Source of the DNA: Bugula neritina
Taxonomy: Eukaryota > Animalia > Bryozoa
Assembly (NCBI GenBank): GCA_964035545.1
Contig: OZ037771.1
Location: 755,628-819,627, forward strand
Direction: 5' to 3'
DNA length: 64,000 nucleotides
The position numbers and the translations under genes were made by a program. Positions within the stretch are counted from its first letter, which is position 1. Each line of letters opens with the position of its first letter. Shown here in pieces: positions 13,489 through 28,000 of the stretch. The notes beneath the pieces are model-generated. The model searched no databases. It was not told where the DNA came from and worked only from the letters and a program-made list of their open reading frames with translations.

Positions 13489-16400
13489 CTACTTCTTCTT
13501 CTTCTTGGAACCAGCGGCCTTGGCATATATCATCTCAGTAAAGGGGCTGAAACACACATCAACAAGATACTATACTAACAATAAAACTGAGATAGTCTCT
13601 ATGCTGGTCTACAGAGTAAAGGTAAGCATTTGACAGCAAAGTGATGTCATATAGTACACCACCATAAGATCTACACTTACCCCTCCACTAACTCTGTAAC
13701 ATAGTACACACCCTTAACCCACATGGTGAGTAACAAACCAACCAGACTTCTTGTTCTACAATATTAACCAATCGTAATAACTGAATCACAGAGCTGCAAT
13801 GCAGCCATTCTAAAGTCTTCAAATGATTCAACAGGATATGATGTCATAGTAATGCGCTGCTCCTCAATTCTTAAAATCATCAGACATAACAGAAGATATT
13901 CTAAACATACATAATGGAAACACAACTCCTCGCAGTAATTGATAGTTTATACACTGAGCCATGATGCAAACTCACCCTATAGCTAGTCCAAGGAAATTAA
14001 GTGTCCCGCCAACATGCATCGGGTGCTCCACCACATTGTAAGGGAAGGCTGTGACTTTCTCGTCTAGTAAGAGTCCAAAGTGATCACCTGTAGAAAATAT
14101 AACATAATAACATTGTAAAGGGCTTAGCTAAGTAGGCATTCATGTCACATGACCACAGACTAAATTCTCTGAGCCCAGCTTACAGGGGACAGGTAGTGGA
14201 GTAAACCTACACGAGGGGAAACCTACATAAGGGGAAATCCACAAGAGGGAATTATTTAAGGAAACCAGGAGTTAGCTCTATCAGAGGAAATACACTATAA
14301 GAAAAGTAATAAATCAAATGCAACCTCCCACACAAGTGAACAACTTTTCTGAATGCCTTAATTTAGTTACTGCAACACTGAACCATATAAATGTACAATT
14401 GCTTAAATTTATATTCCATTTAAATTAGATATATGGGTTATAAGAATGCTACTCTCGTATAGCACACCAAAACACAAAACTACTTTAACGAATAAAAAGA
14501 GATCTTCTAAAAAAAATTGCAAATGATTTGCTACAAGATGCAACTGAAATCCACTCAACTTTTCACGAAAAAGTAACTCAGCACAATTATTTAGCTCAAA
14601 CTCCGAGCTACTTTAATTAATAGATAAAAGAGTATAGCACTAGGAGTTACCCTACCATGCCAGGTACCAAACCATCCTAGTCTGAAGAAAGCCGTGACAA
14701 CTAAGAGACCTCCAACAGCCACTATGCAGTACTCTGTGATAACTAAGAGATCATTGTAGGGTGTCTCAAAGTGCTTCTGGTTAACCATAGTCTCTTTTAT
14801 ACTACAAATAGTGACAGTTAGAGAGGTTAGTTCTACCCGGCCCACATCTTGTCAAATCTTAATGAAAACGAAGGCTAAATCTAAAAAGAAATAAATTCAG
14901 CTCTCTAGCAAACCTGATTAATGAAATTACCTACACAATTGGCAAAATAATTGGGAAAGCAACTCTTGTATGCTGAGGTGAAGGTGTTATCAGCCACCCA
15001 GTTACCAAAGTCCTTGTTTCACACAGTTTGTAGAAGACATGTGGATGTTGGACATTGACCAGTGAATTGTGGGAATACAAGCACACAGCACCATGTGCTG
15101 ATAAGCTGATAGTAATAAGCAGTACATGACTGGATGGCATGACGTGGCAGTGAGCTTTATATAGCAGATAATGTAATATCTGTACCCCATCCCAGCTACT
15201 CATTATTCTTTCATTATTCACTTTGTTAAATATCAACACACTTTAATATAAAAATGAGATTCTTGTGACTTCTAAGTGGGTTTTTATAAATCAAAAAGTT
15301 TATGGCCTAATAGTTGCAAATATGAAATTTTCACATCATTTCATTTGTATGCACATTAATGTAGATATGCTCTACTTACTAATAATTTCTACAGTTGGAG
15401 GATAGAATCTGCAGTAAACTAAGAGTAAAGCAGGCTAATTTGGGCGACCCAAATGCTTTACTAAATACTTGTGTATGATATTCTATCTTGCATATCTGAA
15501 ACAAATACAGAAATATAACATGTATGCATCTTGAAGTCTTCAATTAACATCAGCCACAACTTTGAGCGACAGCAAAAAAAACCCCGTTGATTTATAAAGC
15601 TAGAAAGAAGGGGTAAGACAACTCAACATGTTACATCTCAAATTTTACAGCCTGTAAATAACAAAAAAGCTGTTTGATTTAAAAATTCTAGCACATACTT
15701 TGATGCTGTGTTACAAATAAATAGCACGCAGCCATAATATAAATTATGACAGCTGTATATCACGTTGACTCTTGTTATGGAATTTAGAACTGAAAGTATA
15801 TAAACAGAAAAATTTAGCCAACAGAGACAAATACGTGGATTCAAAGTAGCATACGAGACTAGAAAATATTTAACTGTAAATGTTAAATGGGAAAAAAGAG
15901 TATTCTAGCTACATTGTGGAAGACTTGTGGTAACTGGCACACATTATTTGATTTTCAGTTCAGTGATAAACATATTGATACAAAAATGTTACTTTTGAAA
16001 TAATGGATTTCAATAAACAAAAAACAATACAATCACAACTAGGCACGTTGAATAACAATAACAATAAATTAATTATTAATAATTTAAATAATAAAACAAC
16101 TAAAAATTTTAATATCAATATGGTAATTACAAAAATGACATCAGCACCACATAAAATAAAATTGCAGTATAACTGCCAATAAAAATATAAACTAACAAGT
16201 ACTAATAGCAATGGATTCTTTTACTATATAATGATAATCATTTCCATTATATTCAAAACAATGGGTTCTTTATTAAATTACAAATATATATTAATAATAA
16301 TACTATTAGTATCTATGTCCATATTGATACATTATGATTATTATTATTGCATTTAATAATCGAGTACAAATAATAACATTGACATTAAAAACAGGGTTAA

Positions 16401-17021
16401 AAGAAAACTAATCAATCTCAAAGGCAGCATGAATGCATTCCCACGGCCACTGGCACTAAACCCAACCTTAACCTTAGTTTATTCTTGACTTTCTTCACTT
16501 TCTTGCATTTATATTCATTATTCATATTGTAATTCAAACTGTATCCCATTCACAGCGGATAAACAAGTAAAACCCAAACCTTTCAATTTAAGTAAAATTT
16601 AAATTACTTTGAGTTTGAGTTTAACATAATAATGAAATAAAAAATAATGATATTTAATTCATATTGATAGGAATTTATTTAGTCCTTTGCAGTTGAGCCT
16701 AATGAAATTGAATAGTCAAGATTTGAGCTATATAATTTCGCTTGTTATGGACATAGTGCATGATTACGTTTTTAATTCTTCTTCTAGTACTAATTCCTAA
16801 TTATTAATACTAATAGTAATACACTACTATAAGACTAAGCATAATACTAATATTAATAATAATAATACTAAATCTAATAGTAAACTAAAACTAATTCTTA
16901 CCACGTTCCAAAAGAATGGTGTCCAAAATGTGAAGAACAAGCCATACCATAAATTATGGTCGTTCAAATCTATATATGTATAAAGTTCATTAAAAGATTG
17001 TGGATATTGCCACTTTGTCAT
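13489..17021 (-). CDS. PEMT: PEMT/Opi3-type phospholipid N-methyltransferase, paralogue C (6 coding exons)
   Basis: Exons 17021-16902, 15495-15380, 14801-14656, 14087-13976, 13755-13681, 13546-13489. MTKWQYPQSF...[31 protein letters not shown]...[36 protein letters not shown]...VEGPFTEMIYAKAAGSKKKKK*. Confidence 0.93.
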
Positions 17022-17883
17022 GTTTCTAACACAAATAGTGAAATTAAATCACAGTTGGCGATTGTCCGGTGCCAAATTTTCCTTCATTCAAATTCCAAGC
17101 TGTACATTGAACAAATGGAGAGAAAAGCGGAAACGCTGAAGATACAGTATATAATGGGTCTCAAGCATAAGCATGTTATTATAGCATCGGTTGCTAAACT
17201 GTCATTTCAATCTTAATGACATGAAGAGATCAATTGGGAAATACAGCCGAGTAAATATTTCGCAATACATTCGTACACATCAAAATAAAAACACGATGAT
17301 TTAGTAGAATGCTTCTATAAGCAGCTCCGAGGTGCTAGTGAATGGGTGCAGTAGTTTTTTGGGGAGGGAGAAGCTCGAGTTGGGGACATAACTCCAAACA
17401 GCAGCCCTCCCTACCCACTAAAATTGTCATTCAGAAATACAAATTTTTCAAATGAAGTGAGTTTCTGCAGACATTTATAAAATGAGAATGTGGCCGTGGA
17501 ATAAAGTACAACCTCAAACTTAAGTAGAAGATTTTCCACTCAAGTCAATAGATCTAAAAACCACACACAATCCATAAGAAAATAATCAAAAAAAGCACAG
17601 TTTTCTTTTGTAAGTACTTAATAAACATGGTAAGTGCATTGTATATGCACATAAGAATATTACATGTATTGTACTATAGCTGATGGCTACGAACTATCAG
17701 TGTGACCTATTAACTTTAACCCTTTGCTAACGACAGCTATAGATTTTTGTAATTTGAGCTTGCATTTTTAAAATTCTTTGTATATTATAAAGAATGTGAA
17801 AAAACTATTTTCAAATAATTACAAATAATATTTGCACCATTGTTGACTTGACATTAACCTTGTAGATTATAGCTAGCAACATA

Positions 17884-20312
17884 ATGCTACAAACAAAGCA
17901 TATCTTGAGCAGAATAAATATGACCTTGTGGAATTTATTTCTTGGGCTGATCACACTGGAATTTAGCGAAGCAGCATTAAGCATAATAAATAATTTAAAT
18001 GAAGGTGAGAAGAGTTGGTATTAATGTAATATTATAGAAGTCCTAGTCAGATTGAGAGTTCTTTCTTTACAATCATTCAGTAAATAGCACTAAAATGTGA
18101 ATTATTCTCAGTATATAGAAGTAGAGCAATTAATTTGGCAGTTAAAATTATCTAAATGGTGAGAAGGGAGTTACAAACTATAATTGTTCTAAATTTTAAG
18201 TCGTTGTATGCGTTATAGATGGTGACAGACAAACAAGTACAAGTTTTGATCTATGCACAGTATAATGTTATAATATTTACAAGTTAATTCAATGAGAGTT
18301 AAAAAACCAAGGTGTGAAAGCTTTTCAATGACAATCTGAATTTATATCATTCTGCTTGAATTTATTAGCAAATGTTAAAACCTTCAAACGAATATGATTT
18401 TAGAAGTCATAAGTGACACTAAGATATACGGATGTGAGGGAGCAAAGATACAATTATCTTGTAGCATTGAACATCGAGCAGACGACGATGCAGCAGATTG
18501 TGGACGATGCGAGACAAAAACAGACCAATTCACAGAGTCGTATAATGGTTTCCTTTCAGCTACAAAGGTATTTGAATTATATTATGATAATACTATGCAC
18601 ATTTTCAAAAGTTTGTATATATATGTTATATAACAGATGAGTGGGTATAAATCTACATAAATGTTATGACCATAAAAAGTAATAAAATTTTCTAAGTTTC
18701 AGTTGTTACAGCTTAAGGTTGTTTTTCAAAATCAACTGACCTAAATTTCACAGGCCGCAGGTTAACATGAAAATACAAACTCTACTATCTTGAGTCCTAG
18801 CAGATAACCAATCCCTCACTTTCTGCAACTTCAAATAACTGAAATATTGTCTCTTACTAGCTGGTGAATGGTGACCTAGAGAAGGCAACTGGGTGTGACA
18901 GCCGTAGCGTCAACCAAAAGTGTACCATCACAACTCTCACATTTGCCAACGAGCCACTCCAACAATCCTTTTCCTGTGCGTACTGGGGCGATACTTTTCA
19001 AACGAGAACTGTTAGCGTATTCGCAACCTGTGGCCCGGAGCCCTTTGTAATCGCACATGAGACTATCATAGCTAAGCAAGGTCAAACATCTTTTACATAC
19101 TTCTGCCAAATTCCAGAAGGCACAAAAGACGACTTTCTCTATAGTTGGTCTGAAGGAAAGACGCTGCTTTCTAGTTTCCAAGAGTCGCGAGCCCTGAAAA
19201 TCGACGAGGTCAAGGATGGCTCCACCGAATATACGTGTAATATTAAAAATAGGCATACAAACCAAACAGCGAAGTTTGTAATGTTGTTGATAGCCGACAA
19301 CAGTGAGTATAAGAAGCCAGTGTTATGGATAGCGCTGCCATCAGCCTTGGCGGTAGTGGCAATACCTCTGATATACCTGGCATATCTAAAGAGCAACGGG
19401 GAGTTTGAATTTAAAAATTTATTTCAGAATAAAACGTTTAATGATGATGAAGTTGATTATGTGGTGACACAAAGTGGTGAAAGCAAAAGAGCGGAAAAAA
19501 AGATGATGTCAACGCTGCTGCGACACGCGGTGAGTAGAGTGTCTCAGCCCCTAAGTCGCGGATCCATTGTTGTTAGCTTACCGATCGCCACCAGGGAGTC
19601 TATGATCATGAACTCTAAGTTTTACAGGAAAAACAGAGCAGACTTATTCACGACAATGAAATTTAACCCTTTATTCAAGAGGCCATCTCGTCTAATAAAA
19701 AAGCAGGTGCTGAAAAAGAGCGACTCCGAGTACAGTTGGGTCGGAGACTGCATAAGAAAAGTAGAGAACTGGGACTCCATACACTCGGAGAGTAATCTCT
19801 CAAATCACAGTCAGGGAACTATTGAAAACCTTCTCGACGCTAATGACGCTTTTAAAAAGTGGAATCGTACATTTATTGCTAATGCGAGCCGTTTAAGGTA
19901 TGGGCCACCGTCAACAAAAGATCAGTGGCTGGAGATGCACAGGTTCATCAACTCAGATTTAACGAAGAATGCTCACAGCAAACGGTTTGATGACCACACA
20001 ATAGCAGACTTGTCCAATCGGTTAACAGAAATGTATTTCATAGCGAAGCCAAATAAAACACATTTCCCGACAGTAAAGCGCATAGGTGATCCGTTCCACT
20101 CAATGCTGTGTGATCCAACACACAAAAGTCACCACATTACCAAGATAATGTGGGACGAGTACATGGACAGAATGTTCAGTATAGCCTACGACGTGGGCAC
20201 TTTCAATAAATTGAGCAGAAAAGTTTTAGAACGAACATTATACCATTATGGCAACCCAGAGAAAATACGAAAAATTGTCAACCACCAAGCCAATGAAATG
20301 TTGAAAACGTAA
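17884..20312 (+). CDS. Uncharacterised Ig-superfamily type I membrane protein (~578 aa) with long cytoplasmic tail
   Basis: Exon 17884-18004 (signal-peptide-like MTLWNLFLGLITLEFSEA, phase-1 end); exon 18404-18567 (IYGCEGAKIQLSC); exon 18861-20312. Ig signature FTYFC...LYSW...ALKIDEVK...EYTC, then a TM segment PVLWIALPSALAVVAIPLIYLAYL and about 305 cytoplasmic residues. AATAAA near 20416. Confidence 0.75.
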
Positions 20313-20747
20313 TCTATCTATTACCTGAAATCTACTATCGAATGCTACTCATACTATTATTATTTTATATCTATTTATGTATAGTTTACCGGCACATGAC
20401 AATGTTCTATTGTATAATAAAATTACTCTAACTATAAAATATAGAAATAGAAACTTATAATGCAAGTCTATTATAGATAACTGATAGTAATGGAAGAAAA
20501 AAATAAAAATTAAAAAATAAATAAATTATATATGAACAAAAGCAGAAATGAGTATAAAAATCAAAAGCAGTAGGAGTGGACAACTGCTAACTCCTAAGTA
20601 TCGCATACAAATTTTATTGAAGCAAACAGCATCAGTCTATACAGTATTTATTAATTATAGATTTTCCTACTTTCTCAACAGTGTCATAGTCAAGTGTTTC
20701 TGGTAGAACTGTTACTGCTTAGGCACAGTGGGACACACACACACGCC

Positions 20748-21128
20748 CTATTGTATGAGACACTCTATAGTATCAGATCCTTGCTTGGTTGCTACTGGTA
20801 TAACTTGTAACGCTGCTTTACACATGTAGGGGATGGTACCATACGGCCCGCTGGGGGCCGAATCATAGAACGCCTCACATATTCCTACACAACATACAGA
20901 CACACAGTGGTATATCTATTTTATGCATGTGCAGACAACTTCTATTATATATAGTAGCTTAAAATTGTGTAGCACTTTAACAGAATGTCATATACTGTGA
21001 CGTGTGAAGAGTGCATGTGTTGACCAACCTCTAAGTCTGTGGCAGCTATGCTTGCTTCTACTGTCACTTGTGGTAAGGTGGTTGCCTCCAGCTTCCATCG
21101 CCTACAGACGCGTGACGTAATATATATA

Positions 21129-21183
<55 letters not shown>

Positions 21184-21209
21184 TCACAGGTAATATATAT
21201 ACTCACAGG

Positions 21210-21262
<53 letters not shown>

Positions 21263-24200
21263 TATATATACAGGTAATATACATACTCACAGGTAATATA
21301 TATACACAGATACATACGTGGTCCTGTAGAAAAAGTAGATAAGCCTTGTGAACTATATCATCAACAGAGATAGTTGAGGGGATGAAGCGCCCGCCCCGAC
21401 TCATCTGTGAGAAGATGTTGAGAGCGCAGAGAGCCTCGACCACCAGCTGCCGGTACTCCGGCTCTGTTATGTTGTTTAATACTGACTCTATTCGTAGGGC
21501 AAACTTGAGTTCTCCTTCCGTCATCTGAATATTGTACATAGAGTATATAGTATAGAGATAGAGTAGTAGATAGTATAGAGATAGAGTAGTATATAGTATA
21601 GAGATAGAGTAGTATATAGTATAGAGATAGAGTAGTATATAGTATAGTATAGAGTAGTATATAGTATAGAATAGTATATAGTATAGAGATAGAGTAGTAT
21701 ATAGTATAAAGATATAGTAGTATATAGTATAGAGATAGAGTAGTATATAGTATAGAGATAGAGTAGTATATAGTATAGAGATAGAGTAGTATATATTATA
21801 GAGATAGAGTAGTATATAGTATAGAGATAGAGTAGTATATAGTATAGAGATAGAGTAGTATATAGTATAGAGATAGAGTAGTATATATTATAGAGATAGA
21901 GTAGTATATAGTATAGAGATAGAGTAGTATATAGTATAGAGATAGAGTAGTATATAGTATAGAGATAGAGTAGTATATATTATAGAGATAGAGTAGTATA
22001 CAGTATATAGTATAGAATAGTCTCACCTCTTTAACCAGACTGTGAGAGAGAATGTTGCCATCTACAGAAAGCCCTCCACACTACAAACATACATCCACAC
22101 TACAGTCTGCATGTTGATGTCATGGATTACGTCATGTCAGGTTATTTTATAGTACAAACCTGTTTCAGGACATGCCAGATCTTAGAGTAGAAACCTAGAG
22201 GGACCCTGTTCAGAGCCCCGTCAATTCTCCTATGTCTGCTCCACTGCCCAAGGCTATCTTCACACACATCCTCTACATCAGCAGTGCTCAGTAGATCTTT
22301 ACACATGTTTGAGTTAGAGATCAATGCTGGACGAAAGATCTAAATGTAACATGTACATAGCCTGGTGTTATATACTGTACACAATAGTATCTTATATATA
22401 ATACATAGTGTTATATACTGTATATGATATAGTATACAGTATATAGTACCACATACAGTATATAGTACCACATACAGTATATAGTACCACATACAGTATA
22501 TAGTACCACATACAGTATATAATACCACATACAGTATATAGTACCACATACAGTATATAGTACCACATACAGTATATAGTACCACATACAGTATATAGTA
22601 CCACATACAGTATATAGTACCACATACAGTACATAGTACCACATACAGTATATAATACCACATACAGTATATAGTACCACATACAGTATATAGTACCATA
22701 TACAGTACATAGTACCACATACAGTACATAGTACCACATACAGTATATAGTACCACATACAGTATATAGTACCACATACAGTATATAGTACCACATACAG
22801 TACATAGTACCACACACAGTAGAAAGCAGAGAGTAGAGAGTATTATGTAACGCAGTCATCAGTCACTCACCCTGTGTTTAGTACTGCTGCTACGACTCTT
22901 TACTCTCCCAGTATCTGAAACTCCCCCTTGAGGCTCTTCAACTGAAATTATAACTTTAGCACTCAGTATATAGTAAACTAACTAACCTTCTAGCACTACA
23001 AAGTCCTTAGCACTCAGTATATAGTAAACTAACCAACTTTCTAGCACTACAAAGTCTTTAGCACTTGGCATATAGTAAACTAACCAACCTTCTAGCACTA
23101 CAAAGTCCTTAGCACTCAGTATATGATAGAGGAAGTTCTTCAGTTCATACGGACTCAGATTGAGAAGGTGGGAAGTGGCTTCTTCCTCTACATAATAACA
23201 CAACGCAGTGACAGCTGGCAGCGTACATACTCACATGCTATGCATCTCTGGTAACCATGGAAACATATTCATCATAAGTCATCTAGGCACTAAACGGTTT
23301 TACTTTATTTAATATTACAACTTGAAAGAGCGTGTTGATAGGCTGGCAGCATAACAACAGTAAGTCAGTACACAATGACATAGAGTGAGTTCTACTAGAC
23401 TCTAGAGACACGAGGGGGGAGCAACACTCACCAGAGCAGTTGAGACAGTGGGACAACTCCTTCGTCATCACGGCTATCACCAGACCAATCCGAACTCTCA
23501 GCATTTCGTGGAACAGACGGGGCTCCGTCCGAACATACATAGACATGTACAGTAACAGTTCCTGTAGTATATAGACATGTACAGTAACAGTTCCTGTAGT
23601 ATATAGACATGTATAGTAACAGTTCCTGTAGTATATAGACATATATAGTAACAGTTCCTGTAGTATATAGACATATATAGTAACAGCTCCTGTAGTACAT
23701 AGACATGTACAGTAACAGTTCCTGTAGTACATATACATGTATAGTAACAGTTCCTGTAGTATATAGACATGTACAGTAACAGTTCCTGTAGTATATAGAC
23801 ATATATAGTAACAGCTCCTGTAGTACATAGACATGTACAGTAACAGTTCCTGTAGTACATATACATGTATAGTAACAGTTCCTGTAGTATATAGACATAT
23901 ATAGTAACAGCTCCTGTAGTATATATACATGTATAGTAACAGACTCACCTGGTGAAGCATGCAGTGAGGTGAATTGGGCAGATAGCCACTGATATTCTGA
24001 TCCGTTGATTCGCTGCCAATATTACAGACTTGTTCTATCTTCTCCACGATCTCATCGTGAGAAATAGGCTGAGTAACTACACATTCTTTATGTGCAGGTA
24101 AACCAAATGTTACCTGCTTTTGGCGCACTAATAAATCTGACAACGCCTGCAACATAGAACAACACGAGGAACATGAAACTTTCTGTTGAATTGAATCAAC

Positions 24201-24826
24201 CAGCTGACTAAGCGTAAGACTATCATGTGGAATGAAAGTAAAACATATAAGAGATATGAATACTATGCTCCGTATAGACAGAGAATTTATAGGGTCTGCA
24301 GATATAACCAATGACAGTCACTAAACATTCACCGAGTCTGCATAGAAGTTGTAAAACTGTTAGTAGAGACATGCGAAGAGTAATTTTAAACACAACATAT
24401 TTTCATAGAGCAAGCACAGCAGACACACTATAGCAGCCTGTGCTGCTCATGAGAGAAGAGGGAAGAAAGAGAGGGCAGACGTACAGAGGCGAGGTAGTGC
24501 ACTTTCTTCCTCAGCATGGCCGCTGAGTACCGAACCAGCCACCACATCTTCAGACTGCCAGACTTCTGGTAGAGCTCCTCCAGGAGGTCAGCAACACTGC
24601 ATGAGGTGTCAGAGTCAGCGTCCAGCTTGATCTGGTAGTCCGGGCCACTGGAGACATTATAACAGAGTGTGTATAGAGTAGTAAGAGTAGTGGTGGTGGT
24701 GGTAGTAATAGTAGTAGTGGTAGTGATAGTAATAGTAGTAGTGGTAGTGATAGTGGTAGTGATAGTAGTAGTGGTAGTAGTAGTGGTAGTAGTAGTGGTA
24801 GTAGTAGTAGTAGTAGTAGTAGTAGC

Positions 24827-24902
<76 letters not shown>

Positions 24903-24959
24903 CTAATAGTAGTAGTAGTGGTAGTAGTAGTGGTAGTGGTAGTAGTAGTAGTAGTAGTG

Positions 24960-25007
<48 letters not shown>

Positions 25008-28000
25008 CTAATAGTAGTAGTACTAGTAGTATTACTAGTACTAGTATTACTAGCAGTAGTATTACTAGCACTAGTAGTAGTAGTAGTACTAGTATTACTA
25101 GTAGTAGTAGTATCATTAGTAAACACTCACTGAGTGATAAACAAGTAGTGAATGATGTCAGCCTGTTCTGTAGCTTCATCAGTATTTAGCAGAAGATCCA
25201 CCAACTCCATGGAGTTTTGTTTAGAAAAAGCGGAAGACTGTCCCGGTAGGTTGACAGGGAATTGGGAACTTGAGCTAACCTTGAGCATTCCTTCAATATC
25301 ATGAACTATCTTATCACAGTCGGTGTGAGCAATGACCAGCTACTGCAACTAGTAACTAATGACTCACTACTGCAACTAGTAACTAATAACTCACCACTGC
25401 AACTAGTAACTAATGACTCGCTACCGCAACTAGTAACTAATGACTGTAACTTAATAAAGCCCTCAGAAGTTTGATAACTAGACATGATTAAGCCAAAGCT
25501 GGTTGTACCAAGTAACTAGATCAAGTTGTATGTACCTGTAACTGAGCGCGACACATTCAGGGAGTTATCTGCCCGGGGATGGGACACGGAGGCTGAAATA
25601 TTAATACAAAAACATTTGTGTTGGTTGAACATGGGAATAAACCAGCTGTTAACAAACAAAACATGCATTCTTAGTCTAAGTTTCATAATTATAGCAAACC
25701 TCAAAACAATAGAGAAAAAATTGATCAAATTATAAAGCTGTTGACTGAAATATGCATATCAGTGATGAAAACTGCTGAAATAAGAACATGTGACAAATGG
25801 AACATGACAAATGGAACATGACAAATGGAACATGACACAGAGAACGAGTATAGAGTATCTATTCTGTATGAGAAAGTTGACAAGAAGATAACTAACAAGT
25901 GAAGTCTACATCCGGCTCAGTGAGGAGAACGGAGAGACCTCGTCTGATTATTCCATGGACAGAGGGCGCTGTGTCACGCAGTTCTGACTTTCTGTTGGAA
26001 AACTCGCTGGCACCACTAGAAAGACGACTCCTGAGTGAAGGGTGTTGAGGTGAGGTAAAGAGCTGGCAGGCTTTAGAGTCTAAATAACACAAGAGTGAAA
26101 TGCTTACATGATTACCATACAGATAGAGAGGTATTTAACTGATTACATGACTATCATACAGATGGAGAGGTATTTAACTGAAAGACTAAACATTTACCAG
26201 TCTTAAAGTGAAGCCATTCTAGAGACTCGACACACGAAGTGGACAGGAAATTGTCCATGTTGCCAAGTTGCACTCTCACACCGCCATAATATCCCGACTG
26301 CATCTTGGTGATGGCTCCCCTGAACTCAAAGGGGACCTCACCTGAGAAATCTGTGAGAGAGGAGACAGGAGAACGTAATAGTAAAATATGTGGTACGAGT
26401 AAAATACTACGCCGTGATAAAGCCTTCACGTTAGTTGATAAGTTTCTATAGAAACGCATGCAATGTTAGCACCAGATTTTCCTTCAATGATTACAACAAC
26501 AAACTTAGATTTCATCAAAAACTCAATATAGAGAAATTGTGGAACTTGCATATTAAACTGACTCTCAAAACTTGAAATTGAAAAAAAAATTTCAACAGAA
26601 GAGCAGAAGATGGAAACTGAACACCGAGTTCCATACCAGACATCCAGGTGTAGATAGGGAGGATCATGGTGGGTCTTCCCAACAGCTGCCAATTAGCCTT
26701 AAGATATTGCAAGTCAGTGAGGATATTATCAAATATGAAGTCTTGATCCATGGCGAGGTAGAAGGACTGTTGGTTATACAGCTGTAATACAGGATATACA
26801 CAGCTGTAATACAAGATATACACAGCTGTAATACAAGATATACACAGCTGTAATACAGGATATACACAGCTGTAATACAGGATACACACAGCTGTAATAC
26901 AAGATATACACAGCTGTAATACAGGATATACACAGCTGTAATACAAGATATACACAGCTGTAATACAAGATATACACAGCTGTAATACAAGATATACACA
27001 GCTGTAATACAAGATATACACAGCTGTAATACAAGATATACACAGCTGTAATACAAGATATACACAGCTGTAATACAGGATACACACAGCTGTAATACAA
27101 GATATACACAGCTGTAATACAAGATATACACAGCTGTATCAAGCTATGTATACAGCGGTAATACACTGGATACACAGCTGCAATACATGAAAAATACCAG
27201 AATATACTATACAGTTGTAAGTGATGCAGAGACTCTAGTAAACTCATTGTATGCTGAAATATTATACATACCTCTGGGATGAAGCAGTGAATGCCCTCTC
27301 TATATCTGTACAGAGTGCTCGTGGCCAGTAAACCCACACCTCCAAGTCTACCTGTCAATCTAAACCGAGAATTCTTACCTACAATGAGCACACAACTTCA
27401 ACATGATATAATAGCAGTAGGGGAGGATGCAGCTTATAGAATAGATGAAAAGACCAGAATGTGGCAGGACATGTTCAGAAAGTGACAAATACTTAACATT
27501 GCAGCAAACTCAAGTGTCGCATGACTCATCATAACAATCTCCAGAGCTTTCATCAAATCAACAGCTTTTTTATTGTAAGAATAATGAATAGTCCATAACA
27601 AAAATAGAGATTCATTTCATACCCAAATGGTGAAAGGTTTCTGCAAGAACTTTAGCAGGATGTAGCTTGTAGCGGCCACCATCTTGAAAGCTCTCAATTG
27701 TGTGGCATTTTATATTACATTTCTCCAGACAAGCTCTAATGGCCTCAGTTTCAGCCAGGATGACCACTGAAGCAAGTACAATGTGACTGAAATACTAGAC
27801 CAATTGCAGATAAATAAACAGAGGCAGCAGTGATATACATGTTTTAGTATAACATAGCTAACAACTAACAATAAACATTCATTCAATTAAAAGGTTAAAT
27901 AAACAGCTTCAAACCAACTACTTCTCATACTTTAGAGTGAAAACGAAGATAATGTAGAAACATTGAGATACATCGACCGTCGTAGCTGCGTGTGCTCTAG

